Assembly: GCF_006345805.1 (NCBI RefSeq)
Contig: NC_043012.1
Span: 14,322,001-14,386,000, forward strand
Length of the DNA stretch: 64,000 nucleotides
From: Octopus sinensis
Taxonomy: Eukaryota
Direction of reading: 5' to 3'
Part shown: positions 26,290 to 37,143 of the stretch, in pieces
Numbering within the stretch: the first letter of the stretch is position 1
Layout: each line of letters opens with the position of its first letter
Translations under genes and position numbers: made by a program
Notes under the pieces: model-generated
What the model was told of the DNA's origin: nothing
Databases searched by the model: none
What the model saw: only the letters and a program-made list of their open reading frames with translations

Positions 26290-26435
26290 GATCTCCACCA
26301 AACTGGAAGACTTATTTCCGAATGCAAGAAGATAACGGAACCCTCTGCCTTCTGAGAACCATTGAGAGAATTTCTAGAAGTCGTGGAGATTCGTCAATGA
26401 AACCCTACTTTCCGTCTTTTGATTTGACAGTGAGA
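26290..26435 (+). CDS. Cadherin-related gene, internal exon 4 (GSPPNWKTYFRMQEDNGTLCLLRTIERISRSRGDSSMKPYFPSFDLTVR)
   Basis: TAG acceptor and GTAAGT donor; 146 nt, phase 1/0, matching both neighbouring exons. F-x-M-x-x-x-NG-x-L strand pattern. Confidence 0.88.
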
Positions 26436-26684
26436 GTAAGTGAGAGTTTTTCATATTTTGCCCTTCTTTTCCCGTTTTTTTTCCCGCACTTAGCCATGTA
26501 AATGTAATAACAACAGCTACAGGAAAGAGTTTTCTTTTTATATCTTAATAAGGTTACGTCCAAAATTCTTCTATCGTTATTTCTATGGTAAGTTTAGATG
26601 GCGGCTTTGATGAAGTTCTTATGTGTGCATGTGAAATACAGTGTTATTCTCTTCTCCTATTTTCATCTGTTTAACAAAACTCAT

Positions 26685-27106
26685 GGATCTTTTCGCTTTG
26701 ACCGGCAGTTTTTAACATTTCTAGGTAACTAAAAAATTTTAAACTTCGTATACTGGTAGAATGTGTTTATAAAACATCTTTTTCTCTTGGCTTTATTGAG
26801 AAAATTTTAGAGTTTGTAAGATATTTGTTGCTTTTTTTCTTTAATTTCTGCAATTTCAACCAATCAGTGACGTCTATTGAGTTAAAAAGCATTCTGTGCC
26901 GTATGAATATGTCCCTCGTTTAAGAAACAGATTGGGTTTATTCACATTTGTGAAGAAAAAACGATACCCTTCCCCCACCCCTAACCCTAACCCTAACTAA
27001 ACCTAACTAACCCTAACCCTAAAAGAGATTGAAATGCAATAGATCAATTCTAGGGTCATAATTATGGGTGACAGTTTCATAACTGCCGTTCAAACCGAAA
27101 CGATCC
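26685..27106 (+). mobile_element. MITE C, same family
   Basis: Same TIRs with a few substitutions. 8-bp TSD AAACTCAT at 26677-26684 and 27107-27114. Confidence 0.9.
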
Positions 27107-27462
27107 AAACTCATTAATACCTGAAAGACTAAGGTATGTTTATATTTCTTTTACCATAGTTTTGTTGTGACCAGTCTTTCGGCAAGAACTACATATTTAA
27201 AAAAAAATTGGAAGATAATCCATATACTTGTAATCCATATCCTCGGTCACTCATCCCACCTTCACCAATATTATCACGTATATTAGTGCTTTATTAATAT
27301 CCTCAGCAGTAGGAGTCCATTTCAACACACAATTGTGTATTCGGTTTGTTTTCGTTTTCAAGTCACGATTATATTTACCTTACATTCAGATTTGATTAAG
27401 CATATATATATAAAGAGAGAGAGAGAGAGAGAGAAAAAGAGAGAGAATTAGGTAGATTCATC

Positions 27463-27543
<81 letters not shown>

Positions 27544-27610
27544 GTATGTATGTATGTATGTATGTATGTATGTATGTATGTATGTATACAAATACATACA
27601 TATATATATA

Positions 27611-28156
27611 AGCTAAAAAGCTACTTCTAAAAGCTCTCTGAGCGCAGAATTTGTACTAGTAAGTAATGTTCATAACCACTTCAACATGGCTGTTCCGTTC
27701 GAGCGGAATTATGATTTTTTTACCCCAAGAGGACATCTCTTCTAACTGGTTGACGATGCACAGCTGCTCGACGGAACAGCCATAATGAAGAGGCTACGAA
27801 CATTACTTACTAGTACAACTACTGCGATCATCTCTTAGAGAGATTTTCGAATTAGCTTTTTAGCTTGTTGCAATTGTACGTCGTTTGAAATCAATAAATA
27901 TTGTTAGCGGATGCGAGTTACTGCCATCTTTAGCAGACGAGGTGTCCAGCACTGAAGTGAAGCAGAAATAGCCCGAAACGAAACTAGTATGTTGGTTTCG
28001 TCGCTAGAAGGTGGTAGAGGTTCCTTCCCCTGCTCTCAGTATATCGGATGCAGCTGTGCATGGTTACCAGTTAGAGGAGATGTTGTCTTGGGGTTAAAAG
28101 AGCACCGTAAATTACGCTCAAACAGAACAGCCATGTTGAAGTAGCTACGAACATTA
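27611..28156. repeat. Nested inverted-repeat element (MITE-like)
   Basis: 27654-27702 pairs with 27768-27815 and with 28116-28155. 27716-27767 pairs with 28050-28099. Confidence 0.6.
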
Positions 28157-28177
28157 AAAAAAATTTTATCACGTCAA

Positions 28178-28228
<51 letters not shown>

Positions 28229-28329
28229 AACCAGGAACTCGACTGAGGAAAGAAAACTTCGAATGACCCGTCCTTGTTTTCTCTGTATCGTCTGTCTGGA
28301 TGTTTTGCGTTCTTGCCCCATTTTTGTAT

Positions 28330-28361
<32 letters not shown>

Positions 28362-29569
28362 ATATTGTTCACGTCATAAATATTTTAAAACTTTTGAGAG
28401 AACGCAAAAAAGATTTAGGGCTGGGACATCGATTTCGAAGCGCATAAAACTAATAAACAATGACATGTACAAATTTATTGAGTTGAAAAAAAAAATAATA
28501 CTCTTGAATAGAAACTGTCGGAAGCTGTCCGTGGACTCGAACCCACATTTCCTGTTGTCATGGCAGACCTTCTACTATGCGTGGTACCTCGGTCAACTGT
28601 CTTCTACTATAGCCCCTGGCTGACAAACGGTTTTTGACATGGTTTCATAGATGTAAACTGAACAACTCCATACGATGGGGGCCTGAAAAGTTACTGGCTT
28701 TGAGGAAAAGAAAATACAGGACTATCAGTTAATTATGATTTTATTCAACATATTGCTCTGTCTCAGATTCACACACCTGTTGCAGTGGTCCTTCAGTTTT
28801 TCTAAGCTCTATAAAAGAACTAGGAAGTTTGGAACTCCAACTAGGCCTTTCGATGTACCCTTAACGCCAGGAACTTTTCAGTACCACCCCTCCCCGTACA
28901 TATAAACGTGTGTCTGTATGTGTATATACGTGTCTATCTTCGTGCCTGTGTTTGTCCCCCTCTATCGGTTGAGAACAGGTGTAGTTGTGTCTCACGTCTC
29001 CTAACCTAGATGTTCGGCAAAAGTGATCGATAGAATACAAGGTTTAAAAAATAAGAACTAAGGGTCAATTCGTTTGACTAAAATCTTTCAAAGCAATGAC
29101 CCAGCGTGGCCGCAGCCTAACGACTTAAAGACATTTAGGGATAAAACCGAAAGATAGATGTACGTACGTACACACACACGCATATACATATAAATGTATG
29201 TAGGTACGTATATATGTATGTATATATATAGATATATATAAATTAGAAAAACCACCTTTTATCAATTCAAAATGAATAATTAAATTACACCATCTCGAAA
29301 ATTACATAAAATAGAAATATTAAAAATAAAATAACAATAATATACCGATGAATAAGTAAATTGCAAAATAATAATAAAAACGTGTATATTTGGTATATGG
29401 ATGGTGTAATTTAATTGTTCATTTTGAATTGATAAAAGGTGTTTCCTTTCTAATTTTTATATATATATTTATATTATATTTTGTGAAATTTGATTTAGTA
29501 TTTCTAAATTGAATTTTTTCCTGTAAGTTAGGAATAATATTCCCTCAAATAATAACTATATATATATAG

Positions 29570-30127
29570 AACTTGAGGCCTTCCAACGAAGCTACACGAA
29601 GAAGATAGCCTCTGTGCAGCATATGAGCTACTGGGAAAGACTCAAGAGATTAAAGCTCTATTCCCTGGAGCGTAGGCGAGAAAGATATGCCATAATATAT
29701 ATCTGGAAGATCCTGGAAGGACTTGTCCCAAACTTTGGCATCGAGAACCGGGCGCCACTGCGTAGTACCAAGGACTCCAAATTTGCCATCAAGATGTAGG
29801 ACAAGATATTGTGATAGCCTGGGCTTCAGAGGCCCACAGCTCCTCAATATCCTCCCGAAGAACCTGAGGGACCTGCATGGTGTAGATGCGGATGTCTTTA
29901 ATGTAGGACTGGATCGCTTCCTGTCAGGTGTCCCGGATGAACCAACTTTACGGCAGGAGGTGCAGATGAGGGCAGCTGCATCGAACTCTCTCATGCATCA
30001 GATGGCGTTTGCTAAAAAGCATCCGTGAGGTAAAATTGTGTAGCAAACCAAATGGCGGTGCCCCAGCATGGCCACAGCTCATTAGCTGAAACTGGAAAAA
30101 TCAAAATCAAAATCAAATCAATCAAAT
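29570..30127 (+). mobile_element. 3' end of a CR1/L2-group LINE
   Basis: EAFQRSYTKKI...SYWERLKRLKLYSLERRRERYAIIYIWKILEGLVPN...GPQLLNILPKNLR...LDRFLSGVPDEP, then a hairpin UTR and an (AAATC)n tail. Confidence 0.85.
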
Positions 30128-30128
30128 C

Positions 30129-30197
<69 letters not shown>

Positions 30198-30389
30198 CAT
30201 ACATATATATATACATATATTAAAAGTCAGGGTACAATATGTACCTGTTTGCTTGAAAGAAGAATAAAACTCTTCAAAACCACGTATCTCTGACTGCATG
30301 TAAGTGAGAGATACGTGTACTATCGCATCAGCTAGTACATCTTCCAAACGTCGCTTCCGCAACCACCAGTCATCTTTCAGAGTCCCAGA

Positions 30390-31159
30390 AAGACAGTTTA
30401 TCACGTCCCTGGCCCGCTATGTGTGGCACCTCAAAGATCAAGGTTCCTCCGTGTGATATCAGGTGGAAAATGATAGATCATCTAGGCCCATATATTAACG
30501 GGAGTAGCTGTTGCAAACTCTGCATCGCGGAGAGAGCCAAAATTCTTAAGGACTAATCTAAACCTGACGGGTTAAATAGTCATAAAGAATTTTTTTCTAA
30601 ATATATCCACTTCAAGCGCTACCTACTGGAAAACTGGATTTTCCCGTTTGCTGGTTAGGCTTTCTTGGATCATCTATAAGTGTTGTTTTATCCTCTGATT
30701 CAGGGTAGACACCCGTCCTCATTAACGTTTTCTGAACATTTCCTCATGCCTGTGACGTAATATTTTTTTTTTTACTCTGTATAGAGTCGGACGTGCTCTC
30801 CACAAGGCTTTGGCTTTCTGGATACGAAAGCTTTCGTAACTCTACGTCCAAAAATTAAATTTTCGTTGTAATAAATACTGCTCTATTCTTTAGAGTGTGC
30901 TTCTCTTCTTATCTATGTTTTATTGACTACACACACACACACATATGTATGTGACCACGTGTGTATCGTTGGCGATTTTTTTATTCCGTCTTCCCTTCCT
31001 TGAATCTTTCCTTTTTCTGTTTCTCACGAAGAGCTCCGTTCGAAACGTTAAATCCTCCTTCATTCTTTCCCTTCCTGAGCGTCCAATAACACTACACGTG
31101 TTCCACGTCCTCGCGTTGTTGTGTTTTCATGTGTGTTTTCTTTGTTTTCATGTTTGCAT

Positions 31160-31160
<1 letters not shown>
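30390..31160 (+). mobile_element. Penelope-like element 3' region (GIY-YIG C-terminus plus UTR/pseudo-LTR)
   Basis: TSLARYVWHLKDQG.../IRWKMIDHLGPYINGSSCCKLCIAERAKIL...LNSHKEFFSK-x-x-HFKRYLL. Degenerate hammerhead-like CTCACGA...CGAAACGTT at about 31023-31049. Confidence 0.7.
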
Positions 31161-31232
<72 letters not shown>

Positions 31233-31871
31233 TACACTTGATAGAAACATCTGCTTGGACTTTTGAAAATATATTCAGTGTCGCGAAATTTTCGCACTCA
31301 CAACTAGTTCGACAACGCTATATACATTTTCTTTAATACTCCACTTTTTTCTTCTCTGGAAAATGTGTGTGGGTGTGTGCGGGTATGTGTGTGTGTCTGT
31401 GTGTGTGTGCGTGTGCGTATTGAGATATTTTTTAATGAATAAAATAAATGCCCGCAGAGCATACTAGGAACGTGTGTTGGATTGTTAAAATAGATATAAA
31501 AAATAACTGATGGAAAAAGTAAGTCAAAATATGAACGTGTCAATATTGGAGAAACGTTGACAGACTAAAACAATAATATTGTTCTTTTTCTATTTATTTA
31601 ATCATTAAAATTTCAATTTATTCGTAAATTCAATTCTATGTTTATCCTACGCTTTCTTTTCTGTGTTAGCTATACAAAAATGTGTGCTCCATAAATCAAT
31701 ACATTGTTGGAATGGTTTAGTTGTTAAGTTAAACATTTTAATTTCCAACCATGGTAACAGGATTGCGGTCCCATTCTGTAGCAATTTAAGATAGTGTTTT
31801 TTTTTTTTTTGTTTTAGTGTGACTTCAGGCCAAACTATGATTGATTGCACCCGTAATTCAGTGTTTCATGT

Positions 31872-32150
31872 GAGGTCGCGTGGCTTAGTGGTTAGGGCAT
31901 TCGGCTCATGATCGTAAGGTTGTGAGTTCGATTCCCGGCGACGCGTTGTGTCCTTGAGCAAGACACTTTATTTCACGTTGCTCCAGTCCACTCAGCTGGC
32001 AAAAATGAGTTGTACTTGTATTTCAAAGGGTCAGCCTTGTCACTCTCTGTGTCACGCTGATTATCCCCGAGAACTACGTTAAGGGTACACGTGTCTGTGG
32101 AATGCTCAGCCATTTGCACGTTGATTTCACGAGCAAGCTGTTCCGTTGAT
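31872..32150 (+). mobile_element. tRNA-derived SINE family 3
   Basis: A box TGGCTTAGTGG and B box GAGTTCGATTCC, followed by a TGTGTCCTTGAGCAAGACACTT central domain of the kind found in conserved-core SINE superfamilies. Confidence 0.8.
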
Positions 32151-32595
32151 CGTAACCGGCGATCGTCGTCGTAACCGGCGGAGTCTTAATTCAGTGTTTC
32201 AGCTTTTTCACTTTTCTGTGGAATGCACAACACTCTACACGTTCATTCAACAAGTGTGTCGATCATTTGATCAAAAAAGTGAATTCTCGTTCTCCAAACC
32301 GAGGAAACCTATCTTGAAAGTCATTTTTAATTTCCATTTAATTAAGTTCCATATATCTTTGTTAAATAGGAAGTGTTTTTGTTTCGTAGCGTCTTTTCTT
32401 ATTCTTCGAGTGCATGAAAGATCTGTTTTCTCTTTATAGAAGTGAAAACGGAACTATCCAAATCAATGGGTCCCATTCCGTCACTGATGTAGTCCAACTG
32501 GTTCGGTGTAGTTTTTTTATTATTGGTTGTGTAGCTGCTGTGTAATTCCTGCATGATTCGCTAATTTGTGAAATTGTTTAGCAGAATGAAAGTAA

Positions 32596-32830
32596 GGCGG
32601 CGAGCTGGCAGAAACGTTAGCACACTGGGCGAAATGCTTAGCGGTATTTCGTCTGCCGCTACGTTCTGAGTTCAAATTCCGCCGAGGTCGACTTTGCCTT
32701 TCATTCTTTCGGGGTAGATAAATTAAGTACCAGTTACGCACTGGGGTCGATGTAATCGACTTAATCCGTTTGTCTGTCCTTGTTTGTCCCCTCTGTGTAT
32801 AGCTTCTTGTGGGCAATAACGAAATAAGAA
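32596..32830 (+). mobile_element. tRNA-derived SINE family 2, monomer
   Basis: Head plus a single body unit ending GAAATAAGAA. Confidence 0.85.
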
Positions 32831-32949
32831 TGAAAGTATTTCCTGAATCAGGGTTGCCTAAACAACAAATCAAAAGGCATTAGTCAACAATTCAGTCTTG
32901 ATACGATGAATCAACTTTAAGATTGATGTTTAACCGTAATTCTACTGAA

Positions 32950-33800
32950 ATAAAAGAAAACACTTGTTTAATGAAATTCTATTGAACTCTGTTAAATCTA
33001 ATAGGTTGTTTAGTAAATCCTTGCGTATCCAAAAATGCTAAAGCACACGATACGGGGCCTCCAGAGAGAAGTTGTTTTATATCATGAATTTGCGCAAACA
33101 CGATTGACCTGAGGTTCAACAGTAACACGACAACAGGATAATCCCTTCTTAAACCGAATTTACCAAACGGCTTCGATTTCTTAGCTGAAAGCAAATATTT
33201 TCATTTATTCCTGTAACGTCTAGCAGAAAATTACGAAGCAAAGCCCTCCCTGTTTATGGCTTTGTACCTACTTCATATAAAGGGTCCACTTCACACTCTT
33301 AATCACACCATTCCTTTTTCAGGGCTAATTTCTATTAAGATAAGCTTCACGTCATCTGACCAGAGGACCATGCCTAGTCTCAGGGTTGTCTGAACGGCCT
33401 GCAGGAGCAGCAGTTTTCTTTCAGGCCTACCTTCGTATCCTATCCCACCGTTGGATCCTATATAATAAACTACTTATTTCATTGCTATTCCACATCCATG
33501 CATTCGTTGATGGTGCTGGTTCCCTTGAATTTAGCTATTCTTGTTTCTCCCACTTCATAATGTTATCGACTTACATCAGCACATTGTAATAGCAATATCT
33601 GTATCTGCCTTGAACGAGCATTCTTTGACACTCTGACAGGATGCGTGCAGTGATCTCCTTCACACGAAACCTACACAGATGGTGCGTATTCATGCTCCCC
33701 CTATCAAATTTTCATGGCGACGAAATCGTGTCATACAAGGTTATTTGGAAAGGTTTCCGTTTCTATAGACGTTCTTGTGTGATCTACCATTAAAAAATAC
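32950..33800 (-). pseudogene. Possible highly decayed Tc1/mariner transposase remnant
   Basis: Minus-strand MVLWSDDVK resembles the first catalytic-Asp motif (VxWSDEK). The rest is heavily disrupted. Confidence 0.3.
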
Positions 33801-34168
33801 TTGGGGCATTATATAAAGCAAATGATAATCTAAGATTATTGCCTCCTTATGTTCTTTAAGTTGTAACAAGAAAACGTTCTTGTTCATGGACACTTTTGTT
33901 GCTTTTTATAATTATATTTGGTCTTTGTTAGTTGCCGTGGGTTGTCTTTGTGTGAGGTTGCTTCCACACACACACACAAACACTCAAACTCACACAACTT
34001 TTGGTAACTAATTATAGAAAGTTAGATAAAAAAATTTATCTATCTATATACACAAGTTTCGTTCATAATTATATTTTTCTTATTTGTTTCCTTTTGTACG
34101 CAAAAAAAAAAAACATCAAATAGTTTCTTTTATAATACATTTTCCAATTTTTTTTTATTGGTTATTAG

Positions 34169-34348
34169 GCCTACCAGACAGACAATCCTCAGCGAAAGGA
34201 CACGGCTAAGCTCAACATTCAGGTGACTGACCAGAACTTACATGCACCGTCGTTCAGCAAAAAGCTCTACCGAGGAGAAATCAATGAGTTTCCCAGTTTG
34301 AAAACAAACGATATTATCCTCAACGTTACTGCCATCGATGACGACTAC
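34169..34348 (+). CDS. Cadherin-related gene, internal exon 5 (AYQTDNPQRKDTAKLNIQVTDQNLHAPSFSKKLYRGEINEFPSLKTNDIILNVTAIDDDY)
   Basis: T-tract plus TAG acceptor and GTATGA donor; 180 nt, phase 0/0. DQNLHAPxF linker and V-x-A-x-DDD motif. Confidence 0.9.
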
Positions 34349-35949
34349 GTATGAAGTGCTTTATTACTTTATTGAATATTTTATTTGTTTTTGTATTTTC
34401 ATATTTCTATGCACCTTTTTCTTATATGTCAGTATGGTTTAAATGATTTATTCTTTTATTAGTACAGCATTTTTTTCATTTTGGAAACTGACACTAAACT
34501 ATTAACCTTATTGACTGTGGTTTCTATTTGCGTCGTATTTTGATTAATTCTTTTACTGTTATTATGAGATATGTGTTTGTGTTTGTTTGTTTGTGAACGA
34601 GAGAGAGAGAGCAAAATCATGGTGTTAAAAAGAAACAGACGACAGACTAATCGATACTGAAACTATACTGTTATGCTATATTTTACTTGCAACGGAATCT
34701 TCTAAGATCGATGTTGCAAGTTCGATGTTTATGTGAGATGCAGTGGAGATATTTGAATATCTCGAAAACTTCGGTTGGGTAGCTGGCAGAATCATCAGAG
34801 CGTCGGAAGAAATGCTTTGCGATATGTCTTCTGGTTCTTTATGGTTTCAATTGAAATCCCGCTGGGATCCATTTTACCTTTCATTACTCTGGCATCGATA
34901 AAATAAATCACCAGCGAAGTACTGGGGTTACTTGTGTCGACTCTACGCTTTCCTTTAAAACATTTAGCATGTCAATCACTATGCAGAAATCGGAAACCAT
35001 AATATCTCGTTCATTGATATATATAAACCATTGTATGTAAAATAAAATAAGAAATAAAATCTAATATAAGTGAATGGAACTGTGGTAAAGGATTGGTATT
35101 ATGGTCAAAGATGAGATGAAAACCGAAAGGAAAAGAAATAACAGAAATATAGGATGAAGAATCTCTAGAATTGTGTATACTGAAAAGATAAGGGTCATCT
35201 AAACATGTAAATAACTTTTAGTTAAACATACCTTGTTGCTTCTACGTTTACTTGGAAAACTAAACCTTCCAGTTTGGACACCTGAAATCGGAAAGTTACT
35301 TTAGTGTAATTGGTATAAGATTATCTGGGCTACAGATGATGCGTGGCTCGAGTGCGGCAGATACCTTTCTCTCTTTTCTCCGTTCAAGGTTGAGAGGTAA
35401 CCTTTTGTATTATAGGCAGTTATTCATTGCTAAATTTACCTAGAGACATAGCGTTAATAAACACAAACACACACGCACAAATTAATAGCAATATATTCTT
35501 TAACGGTCTAACGAAGAGTCCTTGAATACTCTACTTTTACACTGGACCTCGTGGTGTCTGTAGATTACCGAGAACTCTACTGATGTGTCAGTCCTAGCTA
35601 AAAGTTATCATATCCCGATTAAAGGCGATCAGGAAACATACTGGTTGTTTGTGAGCAGAAACACAAATATAAGTTGATTAATAAATATGTGAGATTAATA
35701 TACACTGCTTCTATCATTTCAATAAGCAATCATGTGAATGCAATGTGTTAGTTTAGTAATATTTAGAATATAAAGAACATGGGAGCACTCTCCAATGGCA
35801 ACTAACATCATGTTACAGACATCATTTTATCTTTAGCAGAAAAATAAAATATCAGATAAATAAATGATGTGAATTTTTTTCATGGAAGGGGAATTATCCA
35901 TACATCCATCTTCTCTGTTCACTTTTCCTGGGAGGGTAGTGGGTGGTAG

Positions 35950-36470
35950 TAGAGTCCATGGGAACCTCCTCCATATGTTCCTGTCAGAAGCAACTCATAT
36001 TACGCTTTCCGGTTGGACTCCCAAGCGTGATCAATAGAGACTATGAATATTATTTAACCACCTCACTCTTGCTCTACTCTTAGGTATCCTGCCGGCTAGC
36101 TCGGCTTGAAGAAACATTCTTGCGATCCTATCCTACGACATTCTAATTGTCCGTAGTGCCAAAGTTGTGACCACTCAATGTGGTGAAAATGCGACTCCAC
36201 CTGGAAAGACACCTTAATCTCGGAGCCACGAACCCTGTTGAGTAACGTTACTCCAGAGATCTCTCGTTGGAACCCCATCGGAGGAAATTGTCCTAATGAT
36301 TTCGTGAAAGCATATATATACTATGTTCCTTAGATGCATTCTACGTACCTTCTGTAACAGATACCTTGAAATTGACTTATATTGACATTTCCAGGGTAAT
36401 AGGAGGTTATGTTAGTTATTTCGTACTGGAAGCTGACGAACGAGCACTCCACAATTATCCTATATCCTTT
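35950..36470 (-). pseudogene. Degenerate RTE-clade LINE, 3' ORF region
   Basis: MGFQREISGVTLLNRVRGSEIKVSFQVE...HIEWSQLWHYG resembles EM-x-FLR-x-I-x-G-x-T-x-x-DR-x-RS-x-x-IR...IE-x-x-QLRW-x-GH. Confidence 0.65.
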
Positions 36471-36507
36471 CCTGTATACAACAAAGTACGATATTATGAT
36501 ATGATTC

Positions 36508-37143
36508 GGATCTTTTCCTTTTGAACGGCAGATGTCAACACGATTTCTAGTTAACTAAACACTTTTAAACTTCGTATACTGGTAGAATGTGTTTACAAAA
36601 CATCATTTTCTCTTGGTTTTATTGAGAAAATTCTATAGTTTGTGAGATATTTTGTCTGAAAATCCGAGCATTTCGGCAATTTTAACCAATCGATTACCTC
36701 CATTCAACTAAAATCATTTGCTGCGTCTAAAACTGAGACAACATCCTGTAACTAACCCTAAACCTCCCCCTAACCCTAATTTTTTTTCTTAATTGTTAAA
36801 TTAATTTAATTCCATTGCTTTAGTTTTTTTTACACGCGTAACAATTAAATTAATTTAACAATTAAGAAAAAAAATTTAGGGCTAGGGTTAGGGTTAGAGG
36901 GAGGTTTAGGGTTAGTTACAGGATGTTGTCTCAGTTTTAGACACAGCAAATGATTTTAGCTTAAAAGAGAGCATAGGATTGGGTAAAATTCGAAAAATTA
37001 AACTACGTTAAACAAACAAATTACAATTTTTTAAAGAAAGCCAAGAGAAAAAAATGTTTTATTTTGACACATTCTACCAGTATACGAAGTTTTAAAATGT
37101 TTAGTTAACTAGAAATTGTCTGCCGTTCAAAAGGAAAAAATCC
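36508..37143. mobile_element. Foldback palindrome built from two left arms related to MITEs A-C
   Basis: GGATCTTTTCCTTTTGAACGGCAG...TGCCGTTCAAAAGGAAAAAATCC, with arms of about 290 bp each carrying TAACCC repeats. No TSD seen. Confidence 0.75.

Noticed and set aside
31872-31945. tRNA gene (likewise the heads at 13757 and 32596)
   Set aside because: A and B boxes are present, but there is no complete acceptor stem and the sequence continues into SINE bodies.
25257-36915. TTAGGG arrays as a chromosome end or fusion site
   Set aside because: They are only 3-6 units long and always lie at the same position inside a TIR element.
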